In this document: piece by piece, positions 1 to 13,549 of the stretch
Layout of the letters: the number at the start of each line of letters is the position of its first letter
How positions within the stretch are numbered: the first letter of the stretch is position 1
The notes under the pieces: generated by a model
The model's input: only the letters and a program-made list of their open reading frames with translations
Told to the model about the DNA's origin: nothing
The model's database searches: none
Assembly (NCBI GenBank): GCA_040954595.2
Contig: CM082587.2
Location: 9,553,403 to 9,617,402 of the forward strand
Direction: 5' to 3'
Length of the DNA: 64,000 bases
Source of the DNA: Balanoglossus misakiensis
Taxonomy: Eukaryota; Animalia; Hemichordata
Translations under genes and position numbers: made by a program

Positions 1-810
1 AATACGAGTCGGCAAGACAATTCTCGTTAGTGTGAGCCCCAACCTTTTAAAATTCACAACGGGGGAGGGGGCAGTTTTTCCTCATTTTATATTTGGCTCG
101 AGGTTTTTAACTGTCCCCAGGCGCGTAAAGTTAGTTAGTTAATCACACAGAATGTAATTATCTTGCTTGATTTAAAAAAACACTAAAATTGTATGGGGGA
201 GCTTCTTGCGATTTGCACTTAAGAAACTGATGGTTTTTACCCATAGATAATATTTAGTATTAAGCACATAATTGCCTAGAAATAAAAATTAACTCAAGGG
301 TAGAATGCAACAGTTAATTTTGTGCAATATCAACAGGAGCTATTTTGGCACATTATTTCAGTTTGATAAACACTGTTTTTGCTCATTGTTTCATTTCGAC
401 CACTTTTGTCACCTTGTTTGAAATTGAATGCAAGCATTGTTTCTGTTTGACCACTACTTGGGGTAATTGTTCCAAATTGGTATGCAAGATATTTTACATC
501 AGCAGTTAGCCATCTAGCCACACTTTAGCTGCACAGCATATGAAAAATAATGAAATTCATGCAAAAAGCAAAAAAGTATTATGGGTATAATGCCATTGCA
601 GCATTGGCGGTTCGACTCCGTCGATACTTACTTTGAAGCATAAGTCTTCATTATTTTTCATATGTTATAAATAAAACTATTCCAAATTCATATCTTTGTT
701 TTCAGTTTGTGCTTTTGCTTCACTTAGGGGGCCCACACTTACCAAACCTGTCTTGCCATCTTTTCACATTTCTTCAAATATGCAGCGCCAGCAGTAGGCA
801 GTATTTGATC

Positions 811-3800
811 AAATTGACCCACAAATCACTCAAAATTAATAGGCAGGATCATGTCCACTCTGGCCTGGTTACTGTCTGGCCTGGTTAATGTTGACGCGAA
901 GGTTGACCCCACCAAACACTCAAAATTAATGGGCAGGATACTGGCCACTCTGGCCTGGTTAATGTTGACGCAAAGGTTGACCCCACCAAACACTCGAAAT
1001 TAATGGGCAGAATACTGTCCACTCTGGCCTGGTTACTGTCTGGCCTGGTTAATGTTGACGCAAAGGTTGACCCCACCAAACACTCGAAATTAATGGGCAG
1101 AATACTGTCCACTCTGGCCTGGTTACTGTCTGGCCTGGTTAATGTTGACGCAAAGGTTGACCCCACCAGACACTCAAAATTAATGGGCAGCATACTGTCC
1201 ACTCTGGTCTGGTTACTGTGTGCTCTGGTTAATGTTGACGCAAAGGTTGACCCCACCAAACCTCAAAATTAATGGGTAGCATACTGTCCACTCTGGCCTG
1301 GTTACTGTGTGCTCTGGTTAATGTTGACGCAAAGGTTGACCCCACCAAACACTCAAAATTAATGGGTAGCATACTGTCCACTCTGGCCTGGTTACTGTGT
1401 GCTCTGGTTAATGTTGACGCAAAGGTTGACCCCACCAAACACTCAAAATTAATGGGCAGCATACTGTCCACTCTGGCCTGGTTACTGTGTGCTCTGGTTA
1501 ATGTTGACGCAAAGGTTGACCCCACCAAACAATCAAAATTAATGGGCAGCATACTGTCCACTCTGGCCTGGTTACTGTACGTGTGCTCTGGTTAATGTTG
1601 ACACACAGGTTGACCGCACCAAACACTCAAAATTAATGGGCAGCATACTGTCCACTCTGGCCTGGTTACTGTGTGCTCTGGTTAATGTTGACGCAAAGGT
1701 TGACCCCACCAAACACTCAAAATTAATGGGCAGCATACTGTACACTCTGGCCTGATTACTGTCTGGCCTGGTTGATGTTGACGCAAAGGTTGACCCCACC
1801 AAACACTCAAAATTAATGGGCAGCATACTGTCTACTCTGGCCTGGTTACTGTCTGGCCTGGTTAATGTTGATGCAAAGGTTGACCCCACCAAACACTCAA
1901 AATTAATGAGCAGCATACTGTCCACTCTGGCCTGATTACTGTCTGGCCTGGTTGATGTTGACGCAAAGGTTGACCCCACCAAACACTCAAAATTAATGGG
2001 CAGCATACTGTCCACTCTTGCCTGGTTACTGTGTGCTCTGGTTAATGTTGACTCAAAGGTTGACCCCACCAAACACTCAAAATTAATGGGCAGCATACTG
2101 TCCACTCTGGCCTGGTTACTGTGAGCTCTGGTTAATGTTGACGCAAAGGTTGACCCCACCAAACACTCGAAATTAATGGGCAGCATACTATCCACTCTGG
2201 CCTGGTTACTGTCTGGCCTGGTTAATGTTGACGCAAAGGTTGACCCCACCAAACACTCGAAATTAATGGGCAGAATACTGTCCACTCTGGCCTGGTTACT
2301 GTCTGGCCTGGTTAATGTTGACGCAAAGGTTGACCCCACCAGACACTCAAAATTAATGGGCAGCATACTGTCCACTCTGGTCTGGTTACTGTGTGCTCTG
2401 GTTAATGTTGACGCAAAGGTTGACCCCACCAAACACTCAAAATTAATGGGTAGCATACTGTCCACTCTGGCCTGGTTACAGTGTGCTCTGGTTAATGTTG
2501 ACGCAAAGGTTGACCCCACCAAACACTAAAAATTAATGGGTAGCATACTGTCCACTCTGGCCTGGTTACTGTGTGCTCTGGTTAATGTTGACGCAAAGGT
2601 TGACCCCACCAAACACTCAAAATTAATGGGCAGCATACTGTCCACTCTGGCCTGGTTACTGTGTGCTCTGGTTAATGTTGACGCAAAGGTTGACCCCACC
2701 AAACAATCAAAATTAATGGGCAGCATACTGTCCACTCTGGCCTGGTTACTGTACGTGTGCTCTGGTTAATGTTGACACACAGGTTGACCGCACCAAACAC
2801 TCAAAATTAATGGGCAGCATACTGTCCACTCTGGCCTGGTTACTGTGTGCTCTGGTTAATGTTGACGCAAAGGTTGACCCCACCAAACACTCAAAATTAA
2901 TGGGCAGCATACTGTACACTTTGGCCTGATTACTGTCTGGCCTGGTTGATGTTGACGCAAAGGTTGACCCCACCAAACACTCAAAATTAATGGGCAGCAT
3001 ACTGTCTACTCTGGCCTGGTTACTGTCTGGCCTGGTTAATGTTGATGCAAAGGTTGACCCCACCAAACACTCAAAATTAATGGGCAGCATACTGTCCACT
3101 CTTGCCTGGTTACTGTGTGCTCTGGTTAATGTTGACTCAAAGGTTGACCCCACCAAACACTCAAAATTAATGGGCAGCATACTGTCCACTCTGGCCTGGT
3201 TACTGTGAGCTCTGGTTAATGTTGACGCAAAGGTTGACCCCACCAAACACTCGAAATTAATGGGCAGCATACTATCCACTCTGGCCTGGTTACTGTCTGG
3301 CCTGGTTAATGTTGACGCAAAGGTTGACCCCACCAAACACTCGAAATTAATGGGCAGAATACTGTCCACTCTGGCCTGGTTACTGTCTGGCCTGGTTAAT
3401 GTTGACGCAAAGGTTGACCCCACCAGACACTCAAAATTAATGGGCAGCATACTGTCCACTCTGGTCTGGTTACTGTGTGCTCTGGTTAATGTTGACGCAA
3501 AGGTTGACCCCACCAAACACTCAAAATTAATGGGTAGCATACTGTCCACTCTGGCCTGGTTACTGTGTGCTCTGGTTAATGTTGACGCAAAGGTTGACCC
3601 CACCAAACACTCAAAATTAATGGGTAGCATACTGTCCACTCTGGCCTGGTTACTGTGTGCTCTGGTTAATGTTGACGCAAAGGTTGACCCCACCAAACAC
3701 TCAAAATTAATGGGCAGCATACTGTCCACTCTGGCCTGGTTACTGTGTGCTCTGGTTAATGTTGACGCAAAGGTTGACCCCACCAAACAATCAAAATTAA

Positions 3801-6490
3801 TGGGCAGCATACTGTCCACTCTGGCCTGGTTACTGTACGTGTGCTCTGGTTAATGTTGACACACAGGTTGACTGCACCAAACACTCAAAATTAATAGGCA
3901 GCATACTGTCCACTCTGGCCTGGTTACTGTGTGCTCTGGTTAATGTTGACGCAAAGGTTGACCCCACCAAACACTCAAAATTAATGGGCAGCATACTGTA
4001 CACTCTGGCCTGATTACTGTCTGGCCTGGTTGATGTTGACGCAAAGGTTGACCCCACCAAACACTCAAAATTAATGGGCAGCATACTGTCCACTCTTGCC
4101 TGGTTACTGTGTGCTCTGGTTAATGTTGACTCAAAGGTTGACCCCACCAAACACTCAAAATTAATGGGCAGCATACTGTCCACTCTGGCCTGGTTACGGT
4201 GAGCTCTGGTTGACATTGACGCAAAGGTTGACTCCACCAAACACTCAAAATTAATGGGCAGCATACTATCCACTCTGGCCTGGTTTCTGTCTGGCCTGGT
4301 TAATGTTGACGCAAAGGTTGACCCCACCAAACACTCAAAATTAATGGGCAGAATACTGTACACTCTGGCCTGGTTACTGTGTGCTCTGGTTAATGTTGAC
4401 GCAAAGGTTGACCCCACCAAACACTCAAAATTAATGGGCAGCATACTGTCCACTCTGGCCTGGTTACTGTCTGGCCTGGTTAATGTTGACGCACAGGTTG
4501 ACCCAACCAAACACTCAAAATTAATGGGCAGCATACTGTCCACTCTTGCCTGGTTACTGTGTGCTCTGGTTAATGTTGACTCAAAGGTTGACCCCACCAA
4601 ACACTCAAAATTAATGGGCAGCATACTGTCCACTCTGGTCTGGTTACTGTGTGCTCTGGTTAATGTTGACGCACAGGTTGACCCAACCAAACACTCAAAA
4701 TTAATGGGCAGCATACTGTCAGCTCTGGCCTGGTTACTGTGTGCTCTGGTTAATGTTGACGCAAAGGTTGACCCCACCAAACACTCAAAATTAATGGGCA
4801 GCATACTGTCCACTCTGGTATGGTTACTGTGTCTTCTGGTTAATGTTGACGCAAAGGTTGACCCCACCAAACACTCAAAATTAATGGGCAGCATACTGTC
4901 CACTCTTGCCTGGTTACTGTGTGCTCTGGTTAATGTTGACGCAAAGGTTGATCCCACCAAACACTCAAAATTAATGGGCAGCATACTGTACACTCTGGCC
5001 TGATTACTGTCTGGCCTGGTTGATGTTGACGCAAAGGTTGACCCCACCAAACACTCAAAATTAATGGGCAGCATACTGTCTACTCTGGCCTGGTTACTGT
5101 CTGGCCTGGTTAATGTTGACACACAGGTTGACCCCACCAAACACTCAAAATTAATGGGCAGCATACTGTCCACTCTTGCCTGGTTATTGTGTGCTGTGGT
5201 TAATATTGACACACAGGTTGACCCGACTAAACACTCAAAATAAATGGGCAGCATACTGTCCACTCTTGCCTGGTTACTGTCTGGCCTGGTTAATGTTGAC
5301 GCACAGGTTGACCCCACCAAACACTCAAAATTAATGGGCAGCATACTGTCCACTCTGGCCTGGTTATTGTGTGCTGTGGTTAATATTGACACACAGGTTG
5401 ACCCGACTAAACACTCAAAATTAATGGGCAGCATACTGTCCACTCTAGCCTGGTTACTGTGTGTTCTGGTTAATGTTGACACAAAGATTGACCCCACCAA
5501 ACAATCAAAATTAATGGGCAGCATACTGTCCACTCTGGCCTGGTTATTGTGTGCTCTGGTTAATGTTGACGCAAAGGTTGGCCCCACTAAACACTCAAAA
5601 TTAATGGGCAGCATACTGTCCACTCTAGCCTGGTTACTGTGTGTTCTGGTTAATGTTGACACAAAGATTGACCCCACCAAACAATCAAAATTAATGGGCA
5701 GCATACTGTCCACTCTGGCCTGGTTACTGTGTGCTCTGGTTAATGTTGACGCAAAGCTTGACCCCACCAAACACTCAAAATTAATGGGCAGCATACTGTC
5801 CACTCTGGCCTGGTTACTGTGTGCTCTGGTTAATGTTGACGCAAAGGTTGACCCCACCAAACACTCAAAATTAATGGGCAGCATAATGTCCACTCTGGCC
5901 TGGTTACTGTGTGCTCTGGTTAATGTTGACGCAAAGGTTGACCCCACCAAACACTCAAAATTAATGGGCAGCATACTGTCCACTCTGGCCTGGTTACTGT
6001 CTGGCCTGGTTAATGTTGACGCACAGGTTGACCCCACCAAACACTCAAAATTAATTGGCAGCATACTGTCCACTCTGGCCTGGTTACTGTCTGGCCTGGT
6101 TAATGTTGACGCACAGGTTGACCCCCACCAAACACTCAAAATTAATGGGCAGCATACTGTCCACTCTGGCCTGGTTGCTGTCTGGCCTGGTTAATGTTGA
6201 TGCAAAGGTTGACCCCACCAAACACTCAAAATTAATGGGCAGGATACTGGCCACTCTGGCCTGGTTAATGTTGAAGCAAAGGTTGACCCCACCAAACACT
6301 CGAAATTAATGGGCAGCATACTGTCCACTCTGGCCTGGTTACTGTGTGCTCTGGTTAATGTTGACGCAAAGGTTGACCCCACCAAACACTCAAAATTAAT
6401 GGGAAGCATACTGTCCACACTGGCCTGGTTACTGTCTGGCCTTGTTAATGTTGACGCAAAGGTTTACCGCAGCAAACACTGCAAATTAAA
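811..6490. repeat. 90-bp tandem repeat array (~63 units) with higher-order blocks
   Basis: Unit ~AAACACTCAAAATTAATGGGCAGCATACTGTCCACTCTGGCCTGGTTACTGTGTGCTCTGGTTAATGTTGACGCAAAGGTTGACCCCACC repeats every 90 bp. The 30-aa repeat ORFs on both strands follow from a unit length divisible by 3. Confidence 0.97.
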
Positions 6491-8938
6491 CGATTATTCT
6501 CCCTTATGTATTTACTGTCATCGTTTGAGTTGGAGTGGCAAGCACTCTGCCCCGGTACACTAGACAAACGAGCCAAAAATGAAATGTGGCTGAGAATGAA
6601 GGGGGTTGGTGTGGAGGGGGTGTTAGAAAATGTTGTAAAATAAAAGGGCATGAAACTGCAATTTTGTGGACTCAAAAGCAAAAGTTTGGTGGCAAAAGTA
6701 TGTGACCACTCTAAACGTTAAAAAACACAGATGACCCCACCCTTTTGGACTTCAAAATTTAAGTGACCCCCCTGGATTTTGCCGGCCCTTGGCCGTAAAA
6801 ACTGAACGGTCCCTTAGAGCCCTTGACAAGTGGTTTTCCCCTCTGCCTAGCACCCACCTTAGCAGGCTGCATTCAATATTACATGAGCAACATGCGCAGC
6901 ATTTCACCTTGTTCCTTTCACCCATATACGAAACAACTGTTCTCCAAACATATCTGCTCATCATCCACTACACACTGAGAGATCACCAAGTGTCCTTGAT
7001 GCTATTTTTTAGATATATCTCTCGTCACGCCAATCATATCCCGGACCCAGCATGATCCAGAACTTTTTGTATAGAGTATATCTACTGTTTGTGATTATTT
7101 ATGGTATCAGCAATTCGAATACGTTTCTTTATTATGGCATTTTCGACGAGCATCAACGCCCTGGCAAAAGTTACGTTGTCGACTTACGCTGCGACCGCGA
7201 TCTACTGTCTATGCCGCGATTAACATCTAAACAAAGCAGACATTTTCGCATGGTTCATTTACAGCTTGAATTGCTTTTTTTGGCTCTATGTGAATTTCTG
7301 TCGATCAGTATACTCGATGACCGGCGGGCTCAAGTTTAATCTACGTATATTTTGGGCAGCAGAACCCCTCCCAAGTTGGGTAGGGAAATTGCACCCGTCA
7401 CTAGCTAGCCAAGTCGGCCGCGTGTTACGGCTGTGTTGCTATCGGCGAGTCCAATCACACGCGGTTGAAGGCACAGTCCTGAATCGAGCGTCGAAGCTGT
7501 CAGAGCGATCGTCATCTCGCTGTCCTCTACACTTACTATACGTACCGGCAGTTCACTGTAACAACAGTGCTCTTATTCAATATAGATCGTTTTTCGTTTA
7601 TCTGGCTAGCACAAATTGGCGATCTGTTTATAGGATTAGTTAAGGTGGTAAACTGTTGCGATTCGTGTGTGTAGCCTATATAACGTACATCGCAACTAGT
7701 CCATTATAGTGTCATGTCTCCCAATTGTGGGTAGAACACGTTGTCGGGAGAGGGTGAAGGTGATGATGGTTGATGAAGAGACGGGAACACATGCGGAGTG
7801 TAGATTTAAACGCCGATGACTTTATTTAGAAAGGCCAGCCGTGGACACACACAGGACAAGCCTGCAGTCCCGGCTGGACCAGCGGAACGACCGCACTCCT
7901 AGAATTCTGGAACTGAACTACCATCACTAAGATACAGCATCATTTTATAACACATCAAACTGCCCGCGTGGGGTCTGTACAAAACACTATTGTTCTTCGC
8001 CCAAGCTGAGAACAAGACAAAGACATACTTTAACATTTACGGTACAATAATGATAGCCCAGGCTGAAGAATTATACAAAGACTCTACTTCACAGTTACAA
8101 TTCCGGACAAATGAAACTTGGAATGCGGGCTTTTGCATGGATGTAACTACATTTCCAAGGTGTGAACTCGCCAGCATGGTATGCTAAGTTTCTAACACTG
8201 TAGGTGTGTGACAATAGGGATTGAAAATGTTGCCTTTAAAAACACGTGTGGACGGTGTAGAGTGGTTCTGAAACGGCTTAGATTTGAGAGGGCCTGGCAG
8301 GTCAGAGCTGATCTGATCGATTAAAAATGCTTACAAAGAGGAATAAATAACCAGCAATAAAGAGAAATGACAAGACTTTCAATTTTACGAATATTCTCGC
8401 ATAAGTATTCTCGCGTACTTGCTCCGAGTCTATAGCATTTGTCACATTTTCAGACAAGTGAGCGAAATTCACTTTTCTGCTATAAACCACCTTTGGAAAT
8501 ATTTATATTGGCTTTCGCTGTGAAGCCATTATATAGTGTCACTGTTTATACTTTAGGGCTGTTTTTCACTACACTGAATAATGTTGGTGCTCAGCGAGTG
8601 CCCTCGAGCGATATGTTTTTCAGTCTTAGAATATCCAAACGTAAACACACCAAGTTTCCTACCAGGTGTTTGTATTTTAATTTTCTGGGGTTGAACACCG
8701 GTCGTGCAACATAGGCCTATACTATAGCTGCAATGACTGTGTGTTGCAGTTCGTTTGACTTGTACATAGCCTTTCTCGGACTGTATTTTGCAAGACAAAC
8801 ATGTTAAACTCGGTTGTCAGCATTGACAATCCCATAAATAATATGGCATTGACCAGTTCAGGCTCACGTTCCCGTCCGCAGTTCATTTTCAAGATTATTT
8901 TTTATAGTACAGTATTTTATTACATCCGGGGCATGCCC

Positions 8939-9386
8939 TTAAACCCCGGTGCGGGGTATAAAAGACCCCCCAAATCAGTGGCGAATCTTAATGCCGTTTG
9001 ACTGACAACAGACAACACCAACGATCTTGGCTCTATGAACATCGGCCCAAACAGGTCCAAGCATAAAGAATTACACCACACAACGACAGTAGTTGGCTTT
9101 ATAAACACACACAACATAAAGTTATCGACGAAAAAGTACACGAGCTTTTGAAACAACGATGATTTTGGGAGAAATCTGGTTTCAGTGCTTTTCAGAAGCG
9201 TCCCTGGGAAACAATAACCACGCCATTCAAACAGTTGTCAATCGCGTGGAAGTGTAAAGTGTTCAATTATTTTCTGTGTACATGAGAGCAATTACACAGT
9301 CATTATGCACGACGACCACTCCCAAATAAACAACTATACAAACACACGTTAATCCAAACCCCGGTACTTTCCGCACCGGGGTTTAA
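8939..9386. mobile_element. Possible degenerate MITE (16-bp inverted repeats)
   Basis: TTAAACCCCGGTGCGG at 8939-8954 and its exact reverse complement CCGCACCGGGGTTTAA at 9371-9386. No coding capacity; true ends uncertain. Confidence 0.45.
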
Positions 9387-9695
9387 CAGGGTTGACCTTT
9401 GGCCTTTCAAAAAAGTACTCTCCTCGAGCGCATCCCGCAAATCAGGGTCAGGCATAATTGAGGTCGTGATGATGAGACTCGGGTGTCGGTGCATCGACCA
9501 GAAGTAATATTTATATTGATTTATTGTGTTCTCCTCACGAGTCATATCGAGATGAATCAAGGAGTCGTGGTCCAAGCAATGATGAGACAGGTACAATGTA
9601 CACTACAGTTTTCAGTTTGCAACACCCACACGTTGGTTAAGCCAGTTTCTTCTATGACTGCATTCAATCGATGAAGTGGCCAAAAATGCTAATGG

Positions 9696-9905
9696 TGCAA
9701 GAACTGGGAAAATCAACGTGTCGTAATTTACTCAGACAATACACAGACAATTTCCTTTATTAACAAAGGCACATGTCACAATGCACTTGCAATGGAGTGG
9801 CTACGCGAGTTATTTTGGTTATCAGCCACCCATAATTTTCACATTACCGCCCGTCATATTAGGGGTGTTGACAATGTATTTGCTGATGCTCTCTCTCGCT
9901 TATGT
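9696..9905 (+). pseudogene. RNase H C-terminal fragment of a DIRS/Ngaro-type tyrosine-recombinase retrotransposon
   Basis: Manual translation gives WENQRVVIYSDNTQTISFINKGTCHNALAMEWLRELFWLSATHNFHITARHIRGVDNVFADALSRL, with the DN...INKG...HI.G..N..AD.LSR signature of DIRS-type RNase H. No RT upstream, so 5'-truncated. Confidence 0.85.
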
Positions 9906-10409
9906 GAACCAAAACAGTGGCAGCGTATTCAAACACTTACTATGTTGTCACGTTAAAGGCACATAAGCTGCAACTTTTGGGATAATTATCATAATTTTTG
10001 TTTCAAACTGTACTACCATTAGTCTATGCAGATGAAGGCAGAGAACTAAACACAAGCATTATAAACCCTAAATATGAATGCATATGCAAGTTCTAAGCAG
10101 ATAAATAATAAAGCTTTGCCGCAAGCGATTATGGCCGCCACCGTGGGAAAATGCAAAAAACAACAAAAATGTTGCATTTCCGGTTATGAAACTTTATAAA
10201 CAAAACATGATCTCATCCACTTGAGCTCATGAAAGTAAATGTACACCGCTGAGACATTATATTTTCCTTTTTCTTTCCAATATTGCACTTTTTTAAGAAT
10301 TGCAGAAATTTTCGTTTTTCTTCAATTTTTGGCTATTTTGTCATAAATAAGTGTTGAGCTTGATATATTATCATGAAATATCATTTAATAGACATGATTA
10401 AAAGCATAT

Positions 10410-11462
10410 ATGAGATTATTTAAAACTTTAATTTTTTGTCCAGTTGCAGCTCATGTGCCTTTAATTTGCTTAATTTCAGAGAGTTTCCGCAGAGAGCTCT
10501 ACCAAGAATGGATTACCTTTAGACAGAACGCTGATGCTCCGTCATCAACAATTACCCGAAAGTCTCAGTGGAAGTCTTTCCTTCTGTTTTGCGTTAGACT
10601 ACAACAAACTCCTCTTCCAGCCTCTGTGGAACTGGTTTGCCTGTACTTAGTATACCTTGCTAGGGACAAAAAGTACTCATCTATTATCAATTATCTGAGT
10701 GCTGTGCGTAAATTATACCTTGATTTTGGGTTTGCAGACCCACATTTTAATGATTCGTACCTTGTCAAGTGTACTCTGAAAGGAATTCGCCGGATTTTAG
10801 GTGATATTCCTTCCAGGAAACTGGCTATTACTCCGTGCATCCTTCAAAGTATGTATTCAGTTGTAAATGTCTTTTTGCCTACCAACTCAGGGTTTTGGGC
10901 TGCTATTTTGACGGGTTTCCACACATTTTTTCGGAAATCCAATCTCGTTCCCCCATCAGCGGGAAAGTACGATATTGACATACACTTGTCCAGAGGGGAT
11001 ATTTCCATTTTTGGATGGGGTATGGTAGTTCGAGCTAAATGGACCAAGACCATCCAATTTCATGAGCGTACCCTCCTGGTCCCTGTCGTCCGTACATCAG
11101 GGTCATCTCTATGTGCAGTGGCGGCTGTTGAATACCACTTTAAACAGTTTCCTGCAGATTCACAGTCGCCGGCCTTCCTCACTTTAGACGGGCGTCAAAC
11201 CAAAGTCATTAGCCATGCAATGTTTGCAAAGGTGCTCCATAAATGGGTCAGTTTATCAGGTTTTGATGCAACTCAATATTCTGGGCACAGTCTTCGTCGG
11301 GGAGGGGCTACCTTTGCATACAAGTGTGGAGCATCATTAGAAATGATCCAGCTGCAGGGGGATTGGTCGTTCATGGCAGCGCTTGTGTACTTGGCACGCC
11401 CTTTCCGCCAACGCACACAAGTAGCTCAAATGGTCTCCCATGGGCTGGGTACAATGGTTTAG
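10410..11462 (+). CDS. Tyrosine recombinase of a DIRS/Ngaro-type retrotransposon
   Basis: SAM-like N-domain (W.SFLLFC...YLVYLA...IINYLSAVR) and catalytic motifs FFRKSNL (R), KWTKT (K), HSLRRGGA (HxxR) and GDWS...VY (W/Y). Lies downstream of the RNase H fragment. The first ~25 aa probably derive from unrelated inserted DNA. Confidence 0.9.
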   Translation: MRLFKTLIFCPVAAHVPLICLISESFRRELYQEWITFRQNADAPSSTITRKSQWKSFLLFCVRLQQTPLPASVELVCLYLVYLARDKKYSSIINYLSAVRKLYLDFGFADPHFNDSYLVKCTLKGIRRILGDIPSRKLAITPCILQSMYSVVNVFLPTNSGFWAAILTGFHTFFRKSNLVPPSAGKYDIDIHLSRGDISIFGWGMVVRAKWTKTIQFHERTLLVPVVRTSGSSLCAVAAVEYHFKQFPADSQSPAFLTLDGRQTKVISHAMFAKVLHKWVSLSGFDATQYSGHSLRRGGATFAYKCGASLEMIQLQGDWSFMAALVYLARPFRQRTQVAQMVSHGLGTMV

Positions 11463-11552
11463 ATACTTGATAGTGTGAAATCTTGTTGGTTGTTTGTTGC
11501 TGCTTGATGTCCCCCCCCCCCTTTTGTTTTTTTTCGGGGGCTTTTTGCTTGG

Positions 11553-11593
11553 CGCCTGTAGTGGGGTATCCTTTTGTATCCCCACTACAGGTG
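11553..11593. other. GC-rich hairpin downstream of the recombinase ORF
   Basis: CCTGTAGTGGGG (11555-11566) pairs perfectly with CCCCACTACAGG (11580-11591). Confidence 0.6.
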
Positions 11594-12611
11594 ACCAGTG
11601 TTTTACTGCAACACGGTGTCTGTTTGTTGTGTTTATTTACTACCTTCAGCTTAGCTTCGAAAGGAGAATTATAAACATAACAAATGAAATATATTTATAT
11701 ATAATTGTGTCTTCATATTATCAATATCATGGTTATACTGTGGAGCAAATAATTATTTTAATGAAGAAGGGACAACGTTTGATTGACTGAATGAAGTTTA
11801 AAGTATATATGGCATTTCCTAATGGTTATAGCATTAATAATTAGTGCATCTTTGTATAGAGGCATATTGGCCTTTGGCATCAGGGTAGTGAGGTTTTAGA
11901 ATTACTTCATTTATAGAAGCACGTTTTACCTTGATCTCAAATAATGGAAGCATGTAATACGAGATGAGTATCAATTTAAATACATTCGTTTGGTTTTCAG
12001 GTGAATTAATCAGCATGTCAATGATATTTGAGAGTTAATGCCAGTTGTCTAATATGCAAAATGTATAATGGTGTATGTTATGAGGTTTGCTAGAGCAAAT
12101 GTTCAGCCGAGCTTCTGTTCTATATAAAGCAGGCCATTAATGTCCTTTGCAGGAAAATCTTATCAATTTGATGACATTGGTTCAACATTAATGAAATACA
12201 TAATTACTTCATACTAAATTGTACTGATCTAAAAATGAAAATTGGCTGAAATTTTATATTTATTTTATTTTATATATCATTACTTTTTTGGTATTTTTAC
12301 ATGGGTGTGTGGCAATAGTAAAGTGCACATAACAAACATGGTTTGTTTTGTGAGGTGAACTGTGTGTGAAGTTTTCTCATTTACAGGATGATGTGTAAGA
12401 ATTCTAATACTTTTACACACTATGTAGAGATGTATTTATTGCGTGTGATTTATGAATTTATTTAACATTCTTAAGAATGTACGATCAGTCAAATTGTCAT
12501 TTCTTTTAATTGTGGATTTCTGGTTTCTACTTTGTAAGCATAATAAACATCTGTCATAAATTACAAGGTAGTGAATTTATTTGACACATGTACTGGTAAC
12601 TGACATGAGTT

Positions 12612-13348
12612 TGCATGAAATACCTATTTAAGAACCTTGGTAATTTCTGAGGGATAAATTACGATGATTGTTAATTTGTAATGAGAAAATATCATCGCAT
12701 CGACTGAAAATAACTCTTTGTCAGCTAGAACCTTGAGTTGTTTTGACTTTATAGGGTGTAAAACGTAAGAACCACGAGTTTTCGGTAAGAAACACGGCTA
12801 TGCATGAAACTGCCTATTTTCATGCACAGCCGTGGTTCTTACCGAAAAATCGTGGTTCTTACGTTTTACACCCTACACAGTCAAAACAAGTCAGTGTTCT
12901 AGCTGACAAAGTCTTATTTTAGTCGATGCGATGATAATTTCTCATTAAAAATTAACAATTACCGCTCTATAGCTCTCTCATATCAGCAAGGTTCTTAGAT
13001 AGGCAGTTTCATGCATTGCCGTGGTTCTTACCGAAAAATCGTGGTTCTTACCGAAAAATCGGGGTTCTTACGTTATACAGCCTACAAAGTCAAACATTTT
13101 CAAGGTTCTAGCTTACAAAGTCTTAATTTTAGTCGATGCGATGATAATTTCTCATTAAAAATTATCAATTACCGCTCTATAGCTCTCTCATATCATCAAG
13201 GTTCTTAGATAGGCAGTTTCATGCATAGCCGTGGTTCTTACCGAAAAATCGTGGTTCTCACGTTATACAGTCTACAAAGTCAAAAGTTTTCAAGGTTCTA
13301 GCTCACGAAGTCTTAATTTTAGTCGATGGGATGATAATTTCTCATTAA
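12612..13348. repeat. ~200-bp repeat family: one inverted copy (palindrome centred ~12813) plus tandem copies; left part of an interrupted array
   Basis: 12612-12809 is the approximate reverse complement of 12818-13015. Further direct copies run to 13348, where the unit breaks at CTCATTAA and resumes at 31574. Confidence 0.9.
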
Positions 13349-13549
13349 CAGTTCGTGTTCAGTCTAAAATAAGACATCGTTTCTTCGCGGAAAGCGATGC
13401 GCAATAGGACATATTAATATTAATTAGCTAATGCGGAAGTATTGTACACAGAGTTATGTTCGGCTGTTTTCGGTCATTATTTAATCCCCATAAGCCGTTC
13501 ATTCGACTATTTTCGGATGTAACATCATCTAGAGAGGTCAGTGGACACA

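Noticed and set aside
885-6563. Long 30-aa-repeat ORFs on both strands (up to 769 aa)
   Set aside because: By-product of a stop-free 90-bp unit. Frames are broken by 1-bp and 4-bp indels, and there is no unique N- or C-terminal domain.
6700-6818. MITE-like terminus (..GGCCGTAAAAACTGAACGGTCCCTTAG)
   Set aside because: No partner TIR found in the window, so boundaries cannot be supported.
7726-7955. Possible solo LTR (TG...CA, minus-strand AATAAA)
   Set aside because: No matching TSD or second copy found.
6445-9674. Numerous 60-125-aa ORFs
   Set aside because: No recognisable motifs or exon chains; consistent with chance ORFs in decayed repeats.
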